Assembly (NCBI GenBank): GCA_946965045.2
Contig: OX337241.1
Span: 1,054,001-1,118,000 of the forward strand
Direction: 5' to 3'
Source of the DNA: Epithemia pelagica
Lineage: Eukaryota; Protista; Bacillariophyta
Length of the DNA: 64,000 nucleotides
Shown here: positions 41,758 through 51,853 of the stretch, in pieces
Layout: every line of letters starts with the position of its first letter
How positions within the stretch are numbered: position 1 is the stretch's first letter
Translations under genes and position numbers: made by a program
The notes under the pieces: generated by a model
Seen by the model: the letters and a program-made list of their open reading frames with translations, nothing else
What the model was told of the DNA's origin: nothing
Databases searched by the model: none

Positions 41758-42535
41758 GAATGACCGACCACCCTACGAGAACAACAACAACGGCAACCAC
41801 GGACGACCACCCTACGAGAACAACAACAACAACAACAACAACGGCCGACCTGCCTACGAGCGCCAAAACAACAACAACAACAATAGCAACGGCCGACCTC
41901 CCTACGAGTGGCAAAACCACAACAATAACAACAACAACCACGGACGACCACCCTACGAGAACAACAACAACAACAACAACAACGGCCGACCTCCCTACGA
42001 CAATAGCCAGTAGCACCACAACAACAATAACAACAACAACCGACCGTCATACTACGACGAACCCTCCCATCACCACAACAACAACAACCATGGATCGTGG
42101 GAGAGTGGCCACCAATGCTACCCCAACCAACACAACAACAACAGCCGTCCGTCGCACTACGACGAACGCTCCTGGCAGCGGTCTCCCCCTCCACCTTCGT
42201 CCTCTCATTACAATGGAAATGGGGCCATGGTCAATTGGAGTCCACGTCCTCCCCCCCCCCCACGCAACAACTACTATCCTCCGCGTGGACGATCTCCTCC
42301 ACCGCCACCTCCTCGCCCGTACACGCCTCCGCCACCACCTCCTCCCTCTTCTCGTCTCATTGGTGAGGCGGTGTACCGCCGCAGAGTGGAGCACTTTCAC
42401 CAATCACCGCCTCCTCCCACGTACAGTTCGTCCTACCATCACCACCGCTCCGAGGCATACTATCCTCGCGGTGATAATCGCCACCATGGTGGCGATTACT
42501 ACAACCAACACCACCATGGTGGACGATACTACTGA
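38865..42535 (+). CDS. Tyrosine recombinase with a long N/H/Y/P-rich tail; predicted exons 38865-39142, 39313-39558, 39628-39705, 39775-40759, 40840-41524, 41592-42535 (in-frame TAG at 42011-42013)
   Basis: After splicing: YLSRDISFRCLE-IHLAKMTDF (catalytic Arg I), AGRTARRTG (Arg II box) and FGRHKNSITNYKY (His, with Tyr at +9). All junctions keep the frame. Intron 39706-39774 has a GCAAGT donor. The first exon could be UTR (alternative ATG at 39326). Confidence 0.75.
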
Positions 42536-45449
42536 ACTAGGTAAGTTTTCTGTGTTTGATTGTTGTCTCGTCTTTTCTTTGTTCTCACTGCTTCCTTTTC
42601 ATTGCAGATTGTTACTTGAGCTCTTCGTGTAGATTGCTTCAATATGTAAGTGTTTTCTTCGCTCTTTTTGATTGTTGCAACCATTCCCATTATCAATGCA
42701 TCTCTAACCATTGTCTTGATTCTCTTTTCTCTCGGTCTGCTCTTTGATTCATTCTGTTTTGTTGTTGGTTATGCTTCTGTGTTTCTGTATTTGGTTGATT
42801 GTTGTTTGTTTCATTTTCGTCGTCTCTGTTTCTATTGTTGGTTCTTGCCTTTCTTGGCTTATTGCGCTGGTTTTTGCCTTTGGTTGATTGCTGCTTTGCT
42901 ATTTGTCTTGGTTGATTGTTGCATCGCTTTTGGATTCTTTGTTTGATGCTTTGCTTGTCTCTCTTGATGCTTCTGCTGTCGCTTTACCTTTGTTTTTCGC
43001 TCTGCTGTTCTGTCATGCTGCTTCTTGATGTTTGTTTCTTCTATTGCCTTGGCCGCCCTTTTTGGTTGATTGATGTTTGCTTTTCCTCGCTGTTGTGCTT
43101 ATTGCCTCGCTTGTTTGATTGTCATGTTTCTTGTTGCCTCTGTTCCTTGGTTCTTTCACTACGGTTTCTCTTGTTGTTTCGGTTGCGTTTCGATCCATTT
43201 TGTGACCCTGGTTTTACGCTCGGAATTTCCCACGACCGCTAAAATACATACGTACACTAAAATTAAAAACCGAGTACAGTACAAAATGGGCTATAGTAAA
43301 TAGGCACGTGCAGGGATCCTACATCCCTCCCGAGGACCAATGGTAGTCAACTACTATGAGCGCCAGAGAACTTGTGACAGGCGAAACGCTTGATTTTAAT
43401 CGGCACTGCCGGTTTGAGTTCGGCGAGTACGTACAATGCCATGAGGAGCATGATAATACCATGGCTCCTCGCACGGTGGGGGCACTTGCATTACGCCCAA
43501 CAGGCAATAGGCAAGGAAGTTATTACTTCCTGAGCCTCGAGAGTGGTCGTGTCATTACTCGGAACCATGCCACCAAATTACCAATGCCGAAAGAAGTGAT
43601 CCAGCGGGTGGCACAATTGGCAGCTTCCCAAGAGATGCAACCTGGTCTTGCTTTCGGAAACCGAGATAACCGAATTCTCATGTTAGATGAGGATAATCCC
43701 CTCCTGGAGGACAATGACAGTGTGTATACGCATGTGGAGGAGGAAGACGATGATCTCCGCTATGATGACGATGTGGTTGATCATGAACTGGAAGACGAGC
43801 CAGATCCGAACGGTCCACCGATGGAATGGGACCAAGATGGTGTTGAAAACCAGGAAAACCAAAAAGTGAATGACCCAGCTGGTGGTTTTGACAACGGTGA
43901 CGGTGAGATGGAACCTGTGGAACAGGGAATCATGGAGGAGCCAATGGAGGTAGAGGCAGGGAATGTGGAGGAATTGATGGAGGGGGAAATGGAACAAGAC
44001 AATAATGACAATAATGACATTGTTGTGGCCGAAGAAGACGTCCAAAACAACAACTATGAAGAAGCGATTGATATGCCGGACAACGAGGAGATGGAGATTG
44101 TCTTCGAGCCTGCAAACGACGATGGAGACACAGAAAATGACAACGAGAACCCGAATGAGGGTGACAATGACAATCAACGATACAACCTGCGCTCGAATCG
44201 TGAGCGCAGTTACGCTCATCGATTTGGTCACACATTCGCATGTGTTGACAGCCTCGAACCGAAATAGCGTTACGATGGATACCTGCTCCGCGGAGTGCTA
44301 TATCTCATTGAGGCAGAGACAAACCTAGCAACCCCACAGATGTCTATGAGGCTAGGGATCAAGATGTTTGGCAACAAAGGAAGAGAAGCCGTTAAAAAGG
44401 AAATAAAACAGCTGCATGACCGAGGGGTTTTACAAGCCGTCCACAAAGCCGACTTATCGTGGGAACAAATTAAGCAAGCACTGAATTACCTGATGTTTTT
44501 AAAACGCAAGAGATGTGGAAAAGTAAAAGGTCGGGGCTGTGCTGACGGGCGTAAACAACGAGGTTTTATCCCGAAGGAAGATGCCGCTTCACCCACCGTT
44601 TCAACAGAAGCAGTTTTCATAACGGCAGTCGTGGGCGCTGGGGAGAGGCTATGTTGTCATAGCAGATATCCCAGGCGCGTTTATGCATTCCGACATGGAT
44701 CCAAATGTCCATATGCGCATCGAGGGATTAATGGCAGAATTGCTCTTGGAAGTCGACTATGAAATGTACAGCAAATATGTGGTATACGAATACAACAAAC
44801 CGGTTATCTATGTGGAAATGTTAAAAGCTTTGTACGGCACCCTCAGGGCTGCTCGTCTCTTCTGGATCAAGCTGAGTGGGGTCCTGCAGAGTTGGGGGTA
44901 CATCATCAACCCCTACGATCACTGCGTAGCAAACAAGATCATTAACGGAAAGCAATGCACCGTAACCTGGCACATTGATGACTTGAAAATCTCACATGAG
45001 GACCCTGCGGTTGTTGAGTCGTTCTTAACCGATCTACAGGCTGAGTTCGGATCTTTGGGAGACATCTCGGTTTCCCGCGGAAAGCGCCATGATTATCTGG
45101 GGATGTTTCTAGATTTCTCCGAGGACGGGATTCTTCAAGTTGACATGCGCCCATACTTACAAACAATTTTTGCTAACATGCCATCCGAGATGGTTGGCAA
45201 AGCCCAAACGCCAGCTGCAAATCACCTGTATCATGTGAACAATGAAGCAACAAAACTCAATGAGCAGCATGCGGAGCGTTTTCACAGTATCACGATGCAG
45301 TTAGCCTACCTAGCACACCGCGGTCGGCCCGATATTCGAACTGCTGTCGCCTTCCTGTCCACCCAAGTGGCACAACCTGATGAAGACGATTATCGGAAGT
45401 TGTCACGAGTGTTGAAATATTTGCAAACCACCGTGGATTTGGTTCTTCG

Positions 45450-46223
45450 TGTTAGGATTCTCACCTTTAACTAGGTGGTGGTGGAATCTACAACACATCG
45501 ACTGATGCTAGTATTTTATGGCATCCGATGACATTTGTGTAAAAGTGAGAAAAGAATGACGGCATGCTCGCGGACCTTTAATTTTGGCCAAGGCATGCTC
45601 GCAATGCACGCGCTATCGGCGACCGCTCGGATATTGACTATGGCCCATCACGTGCGCGCCCAATATTCTCAAGCGCGCGCAATCAAGATCCGAGTGAGCA
45701 CCTCCACGACTTACCTCAACGACCTAAGTAATCAAAGCACGAATCACGATCACGCGAGACCATATTTCCATTCCCACAATTCCAAGAATGCAATCAACAA
45801 CGCGCCAAGAAAACTACCTATATCACAACAAAGCAAGAGCTGTTGGCATTGGTATATGATATACAACTGCATATACTTTCAATACAACAATGCAGGTCTA
45901 CTCCAACCATTTGAGGACCTATCACACCAGATCCATGGCCGTATACAAGAGCCAGGACCTCGACCTTCATCAAACACCTTAGTTAGTAATCATCTCACAA
46001 TCATTAATATCACCATTTTAACACTCATCTTAAGACTTACCTCTTATCAGTGGACCGACTGCCCCCACCCACGGCGGACTTCGACTTGCAACTCTTCTCT
46101 GACCCGTGGAGGATTGTTGTATCGGTTGGTGATTCGATTGTCGGCTCAGCGAGCCTTTTACCTATCCTACCTATCTGCCTATTACCCTTCTGAATTCTCA
46201 ATGAGAGTTCTGCTAGATTAACA
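45450..46223 (+). repeat. 5' LTR of the nested element (774 bp)
   Basis: TG..CA ends; near-identical to 50094-50859 (one substitution seen by eye). Confidence 0.93.
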
Positions 46224-46698
46224 GTCTCAGCGCTCATTGCCCTGCAGTTGCATTGGATACCTTACTTACCCATCTACACCCATTACAGATTGAGCTACCC
46301 CAACAAACAAGAGTTAGAGGACAAAACTACCCAACCCAACAACAGGGCCAGCCTGGCTGAGGCTAGGGTCACCAACCCTCTCCTATTCCAGGACCTCAAG
46401 CTGGACCAGGACTTTGTGCAACTACCTTCCCAATACTCACCTGACCAGTACTTTGTTGAGGACTACGAGCAAGACGAGGAAGCTACCACTATTCCTGACT
46501 CCCCGGTTCAACTCGATCACCGCAACGAGTCCGGAAGTGACCAAGGATAAGTAACTTTAAGTAGTTTCCACAACAAACCAGAGACAAAACCGAGTTCCGC
46601 ACATCCGGGTTCCCAGCACAACACACATCCGGGTACTGACATACGTGGCACACACGTGGTACATCCGGGTTCACATCACACCACACATTTAATAAACA

Positions 46699-49600
46699 AT
46701 GAACCAACCATATACTACCATGGATCCAACATACCCCAAGACACCTTCTCTTCCTTCTGACGACTCAGTACCGCCTGACATATCAGATACACAAGTGTTC
46801 AATCATATCACCCAGCATCTATTTGAATGTGATGAGGAACGAGCTCAAGCCCTTCATCAATGGATAAAACATAGTGGTTTCGAACACATTCTGAATGTCA
46901 TCGACTATCTTGCAGTCAATCCAGAAAAGAATATCAAGGACCTTGGACAATACAAGTATGGGAACAAGACGATGGACCTGAAGACGTATACAAGGCATCA
47001 ACTGAAGATCCTAGCATATTGGTCACGAGAACAAACCTCAACCCTGCAGCAGTGTGATACATCCCGTTCAACCTGGTTGAACCTCACCAAGGCCGATTAC
47101 GATCATTGGAGAATCAATGCAGCCTTCACCAAGCTTTGCCTGAACCAAGGTTGGATTTCGTCATTTCGTTTAGCAAAAAGAGAGGTGCTACGTCTTAACA
47201 ACTACATCTCCAATCTTCGTCTCGATGATTCATGGCACGGCACAACCTATCAGTTTCTTCTCCACTTTCAACACCAATTCCATCTTCTCGACAATCTGGG
47301 ATCAATGTTTGATCACATTCCTGGCCACTCCACTAGGATGACCTTCCTGATGAAAGCCGTTGAAAAGGTACCTGATTTACGACAAGTCAACATCTTGTCT
47401 GGTGCAAAGACACTTTGTTATCAATCATATTTCCGTCTTCTCCTTGATGCCGCATATGATCATGACCAAGCAACTCAAGCACCAAAGTCTAACCGACTTA
47501 AGCATACCAAGCAATGCGACTTTCAATATGATCAAGGTTTTGATATCAAAGATCTATCACCCAAAGAAAAACACCGCATGATTAAGAGAACTAACGTGAA
47601 GACCAAGAAATCATCTTCGCTTCGTCCAAAGATCAGTCTTCCAAGAGATCTGTGGAGTAAACTTAACGACAATAGTCGTCAAGTAATCATTGCGTACAAC
47701 AAGTCTACCCAGAATCCGTCATCAACAACTGCATGCATGGAACAGACGCATACTCTTGACATTGATCCGGAACCTGATCCCGACCCTGGTCGTGCATGGA
47801 TTGACGACATGATTCAAGATGATTCCCAAGACCATCAAGATAATTTCTTTGATCTGATTACCCGGTTGGTTCCACAAGTTGTGACCAATATTGATGTCAA
47901 TCATCCAACATCTGATCTTGCTAATTTGGTGTCCAATATCAAGGCAACATCCATCCCTAATGATTGTCTCGAGAACAACAACTGTAAACAGAAAGTTGAG
48001 ATATCTCGAAATCTGCTCTCTCGCATGTCTACTTTCTCCGGTGGCAATCAATTGACGGGCTATAATCATTGGTATCTTGATCCCATGCAAGATACGGCAC
48101 CTTCTTCAAGGACTGTTGAAAATGATGGCAACAATCCGCATGATGCTTTTGGGAAGTATACCAATCGTGTTGTCTGTAACCTCAACCTTCTCTTGGATTT
48201 ACCTTACGATCATGGACCTGATACGCCTTCCTTCTTCACACCCCTGCTTGGAGAATACTGTTCCAAACCATACCTCCAAGATCAGAACATGGCTGAGAAC
48301 CGTTATCAGACCGTTAAGAGGACAACATACGTCGTGACCGTTTCGGGCCATATCCCTCTTGAGATCCTCAATGGTCGCCCACCCGGCATTACCCACCCAC
48401 TTTTCTTCCTTATCTGGGACAAGGCCCCCTACTTTACCGAATCATATGCCCTCTCCCACCGTCCCTACCGTCCCTACCCTCCCTCTTTTGTCACGACACT
48501 TGGCTACTGGCTTGTTTTTGCCCCTCCTATTGGTGATACTTTGTCTCTGGACACTCAAACCCTTTGTTACTCTGCCATTCTTCATGATGCACCCACGCCA
48601 CCCAGCAACCTTTGTGTGGATACCTCTTCAGGGGAGGAGTTGCTTCCAAATAAACCCATTTTCATTTGTAGCAAAGGTGAAGATCCATCCACGCAAATGC
48701 CTATGATCAAATGTGATAACACTATTGGACAACCTTTCCTTGTTTATGATCCAGAGGAAAATGGGGAGCAACGACAACCATATAATGGGGAGCAGCCACA
48801 ACCATGTCTTATCAGATGCATCGTTGATTTAGAACAAGATGCTCTCAAGCACGAAGACTATATCAAGTACACTTTCTGCAAATCCATTTCCGACATTGAC
48901 AAGATAATTTCATACCGTCAACATATGGAATACATCAAACAGGACAACCAAGCACATGCAACTGAAGATGACGTTTTCCAGTTCAGAGACGTTGTTGCAG
49001 ATCAAGAACCGTCAAGTATTAGCAACAATCCTGACTACAAAAGAAGTCACTGTAATATACTTGTTGATTGGGAGACTGGGGCGATGATCTATGAGCCTCC
49101 GTCACTCGTGGTAAATGATGCCTATGCCAAGAAACATGATCTATTGAATGAACTTGGATGGAAACATCTCAAGCGTTTTGTCAAGACCAGTAAATGCCTT
49201 GTTCAAGCTGCCAAACAGCAGTCAAGAATCAAGCAAGTCTGTCGTTCCATCAAGTACAAGTTTGGTTATCAAGTTTCAATGACAAATGAAGAATTAGTTG
49301 TTTTGTTAGACAAGCAGCATGGTAAAAGAAAGTGGCACGACACTACTGAAGTTGAGCTCTTTCAGGCTTCACAGATCCAATCCCTCACAAAAGTCAAGGA
49401 TTGCGTTCAAGCTCAGTTCAAGAGAAGGGAAATGATAAATGCATCACCGGAAGAGTATCACAAGAACAAGATTCAAATCCATCTTGTAAAACATGATGAT
49501 AGTCGCCCAGCACTTCTCATCACAGACGAGGCTTTTACCAAAGAACCGGTTGAGGCAATCTTTTTGTGTACTACTTCCATTCACAACTTTCATACAACCA

Positions 49601-50118
49601 CCTGTCTTGGGATTCTCAATGATATGGATATATGGGGAGCAAAAGTTGGAAATGCACACGACCTGGAAGCTTTATCTGGAGAGAAGATCTTGATAGTTGC
49701 AAGACAAGAACTCAAGGAATCAGGTCACATCTTGATTACGCACAAGGCCTCAAAGGGATTAAAATCTTCAGGAGCATGTCGGCGTGACTGTTTCTTTGAC
49801 ATCCCACTTGATATGGATTTGTCACCAACTAAAGCAGATCCCAATGTTTGGATGAAGAAGGCACCTGGGGAGCATAGCTCAAAGGGCACCGACAAGACCT
49901 ACCAACTGAAGAATGATGAACTGATTACTTATTGCCTGAGATATCCCTATGAGAGCGTCCGGGATACATTGTCAGTAAGCATTGGAAATTCTCAAAAGTA
50001 TGGACCACGTTCAAGATCATATTCTTCTGGGGAGGAAACGTTCAGAAGCATGACAAGGAAAATAACAATCCTCACTCGACGAATTGTGGGGAGTGTTAGG
50101 ATTCTCACCTTTAACTAG
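46699..50118 (+). CDS. Gag plus eroded Pol single ORF (1139 aa) of the nested element
   Basis: Gag-like LRLDDSWHGT..FLMKAVEKVPDLRQV; RT relics KVGNAHDLEA, KASKGLKSSG and ADPNVWM. No YVDD, RNase H or integrase DDE core is recognisable. Confidence 0.75.
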   Translation: MNQPYTTMDPTYPKTPSLPSDDSVPPDISDTQVFNHITQHLFECDEERAQALHQWIKHSGFEHILNVIDYLAVNPEKNIKDLGQYKYGNKTMDLKTYTRHQLKILAYWSREQTSTLQQCDTSRSTWLNLTKADYDHWRINAAFTKLCLNQGWISSFRLAKREVLRLNNYISNLRLDDSWHGTTYQFLLHFQHQFHLLDNLGSMFDHIPGHSTRMTFLMKAVEKVPDLRQVNILSGAKTLCYQSYFRLLLDAAYDHDQATQAPKSNRLKHTKQCDFQYDQGFDIKDLSPKEKHRMIKRTNVKTKKSSSLRPKISLPRDLWSKLNDNSRQVIIAYNKSTQNPSSTTACMEQTHTLDIDPEPDPDPGRAWIDDMIQDDSQDHQDNFFDLITRLVPQVVTNIDVNHPTSDLANLVSNIKATSIPNDCLENNNCKQKVEISRNLLSRMSTFSGGNQLTGYNHWYLDPMQDTAPSSRTVENDGNNPHDAFGKYTNRVVCNLNLLLDLPYDHGPDTPSFFTPLLGEYCSKPYLQDQNMAENRYQTVKRTTYVVTVSGHIPLEILNGRPPGITHPLFFLIWDKAPYFTESYALSHRPYRPYPPSFVTTLGYWLVFAPPIGDTLSLDTQTLCYSAILHDAPTPPSNLCVDTSSGEELLPNKPIFICSKGEDPSTQMPMIKCDNTIGQPFLVYDPEENGEQRQPYNGEQPQPCLIRCIVDLEQDALKHEDYIKYTFCKSISDIDKIISYRQHMEYIKQDNQAHATEDDVFQFRDVVADQEPSSISNNPDYKRSHCNILVDWETGAMIYEPPSLVVNDAYAKKHDLLNELGWKHLKRFVKTSKCLVQAAKQQSRIKQVCRSIKYKFGYQVSMTNEELVVLLDKQHGKRKWHDTTEVELFQASQIQSLTKVKDCVQAQFKRREMINASPEEYHKNKIQIHLVKHDDSRPALLITDEAFTKEPVEAIFLCTTSIHNFHTTTCLGILNDMDIWGAKVGNAHDLEALSGEKILIVARQELKESGHILITHKASKGLKSSGACRRDCFFDIPLDMDLSPTKADPNVWMKKAPGEHSSKGTDKTYQLKNDELITYCLRYPYESVRDTLSVSIGNSQKYGPRSRSYSSGEETFRSMTRKITILTRRIVGSVRILTFN

Positions 50119-50859
50119 GTGGTGGTGGAATCTACAACACATCGACTGATGCTAGTATTTTATGGCATCCGATGACATTTGTGTAAAAGTGAGAAAAGAA
50201 TGACGGCATGCTCGCGGACCTTTAATTTTGGCCAAGGCATGCTCGCAATGCACGCGCTATCGGCGACCGCTCGGATATTGACTATGGCCCATCACGTGCG
50301 CGCCCAATATTCTCAAGCGCGCGCAATCAAGATCCGAGTGAGCACCTCCACGACTTACCTCAACGACCTAAGTAATCAAAGCACGAATCACGATCACGCG
50401 AGACCATATTTCCATTCCCACAATTCCAAGAATGCAATCAACAACGCGCCAAGAAAACTACCTATATCACAACAAAGCAAGAGCTGTTGGCATTGGTATA
50501 TGATATACAACTGCATATACTTTCAATACAACAATGCAGGTCTACTCCAACCATTTGAGGACCTATCACACCAGATCCATGGCCGTATACAAGAGCCAGG
50601 ACCTCGACCTTCATCAAACACCTTAGTTAGTAATCATCTCACAATCATTAATATCACCATTTTAACACTCATCTTAAGACTTACCTCTTATCAGTGGACC
50701 GACTGCCCCCACCCACGGCGGACTTCGACTTGCAACTCTTCTCTGACCCGTGGAGGATTGTTGTATCGGTTGGTGATTCGATTGTCGGCTCAGCGAGCCT
50801 TTTACCTATCCTACCTATCTGCCTATTTCCCTTCTGAATTCTCAATGAGAGTTCTGCTA
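50094..50859 (+). repeat. 3' LTR of the nested element, missing the terminal 8 nt GATTAACA
   Basis: Direct repeat of 45450-46215, followed immediately by the TSD. Confidence 0.92.
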
Positions 50860-51385
50860 CTTCGCTTGCAAGGTGCAGCTGAGTGGATCATAAGATGGTG
50901 GGTGGACGCGTCATATGCGGTACACCCCAACACCAAAGGACACACGGGTGGATTCATGAGCCTTGGAAAAGGAACAGTGATCGGCTTTTCAGCCAAACAA
51001 AAGTTAGTAGCAAGAAGTTCCACCGAATGCGAGTTAATTGGCATTCATGACGTGATGCCATCACTCATCTGGAGTAAGAAGTTTATGGAGGCCCAAGGAT
51101 TGAATGTGCAGGATGTTATACTGCATCAAGATAATCAGAGCAGCATCCTCTTAGCCAAGAACGGTCGACTGTCCAGCTCCAAACGAACGAAGCACATTGA
51201 TGTACGCTATTTCTTTGTGACGGACCGCATCAAGAACAAAGAGTTGAGTGTGGAGTTCTGTCCCACAGAACAAATGATAGCGGATTTCTTTACGAAACCA
51301 CTTCAGGGTTGCCTCTTTTACCAACTACGGGACCTGATCATGAATATTGCTCCTCACGATAAACATCATTCGTCACATAGGAGTG

Positions 51386-51596
51386 TGTTGAAGGATGTCC
51401 CGTCATCGGTCGCAGAGGCGGATGCAACTGCGACCAAGGATACGTCGCCTGGAGCACCAGATGGAGCCGAATGGGTGGAAGTTGGACGACGTGGCAAGCA
51501 ATCGAAGAAAGAGAGCCAGAGAGCTCATTCTAAGGAGAATACGTAACTTGTAATCGATTGTTGCCTTTACAGCACAGTTGTTAATAGGTTTCAACA
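51386..51596 (+). repeat. 3' LTR of the outer Copia (211 bp)
   Basis: TGTTG...TCAACA termini, preceded by CATAGGAGTG at the end of RNase H (HRSVL). Sulfotransferase sequence begins right after it. Confidence 0.8.
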
Positions 51597-51681
51597 CCAT
51601 ACCCGTTAAAATGACTGCAAGACCACTGGCTTCCTTGAATGAGTGCTTACTTTTTTCACAGATGGCTTCAATCTTTGTTGA
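51597..51681 (-). pseudogene. 85-bp internal piece of a second copy of the minus-strand sulfotransferase gene
   Basis: Matches 25316-25399 and encodes STKIEAICEKSKHSFKEASGLAVILTGM. Confidence 0.85.
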
Positions 51682-51853
51682 GATACAAACTGCATTTCAC
51701 CTCCACAGAGCCACCACGGAGGCAAACTAGTGAGGACGATAACATCCATCATGGCTACCCGCACCTCCAACCCCAGCCACACCAACGACAATGATACTAC
51801 CCACGATGCTTCCATGAGGGCGGAATCCTGCCAGAACCACCCTTCTCTCGACC

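Larger units (their letters stand above)
38266..43346 (+). mobile_element. Tyrosine-recombinase DNA element (Crypton-like) with structured termini; boundaries approximate
   Basis: Begins where the P450 frame breaks and ends where Copia pol sequence begins. It contains one intron-rich YR gene, no RT, and no conventional TIR or LTR. Confidence 0.72.
45450..50859 (+). mobile_element. Young nested LTR retroelement (non-autonomous CoDi-like Copia derivative) with 5-bp TSD CTTCG
   Basis: 5' LTR 45450-46223 (TGTTA..TAACA) and 3' LTR 50094-50859, preceded by purine-rich GTGGGGAG. TSD at 45445-45449 and 50860-50864. The outer RT frame DLVLR/LRLQG resumes on the far side. Confidence 0.93.
43347..51596 (+). 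mobile_element. Decayed Ty1/Copia (CoDi-like) LTR retrotransposon, 5'-truncated and interrupted by a nested element
   Basis: Integrase C-terminus (MSARELVTG..FGEYVQCHE), RT (KVKGRGCADG, KALYG, WHIDDLK) and RNase H (WVDASY, QDNQS, KHIDVRY, ADFFTKPL). TAG at 44265 and a frameshift near 44650. Confidence 0.92.

Noticed and set aside
41568-42632. Poly-Cys, poly-Val and poly-Thr ORFs
   Set aside because: They are alternative frames of the (AAC)n repeats that encode the Asn-rich tail.
42600-43250. Cys/Leu/Phe-rich ORFs as membrane proteins
   Set aside because: They are translations of T-rich intron/UTR-like sequence of the YR element.
34642-44267. Genome-wide TAG reassignment, suggested by single in-frame TAGs at 34642, 42011 and 44265
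   Set aside because: Ordinary genes here terminate at TAG (for example 10017 and 12371), and a TAA nonsense codon also occurs (57887). Independent point mutations suffice; only local readthrough remains possible.
38277-44298. 15-bp identity CTGCTCCGCGGAGTG between the hairpin and Copia pol
   Set aside because: About one or two such matches are expected by chance in a 64-kb self-comparison, and the flanks do not extend.
45535-46221. 228-aa ORF within the LTR as a real gene
   Set aside because: No recognisable domain, and identity between the two LTRs reflects recent copying rather than selection. Mentioned only for the fusion it creates at the 3' LTR.
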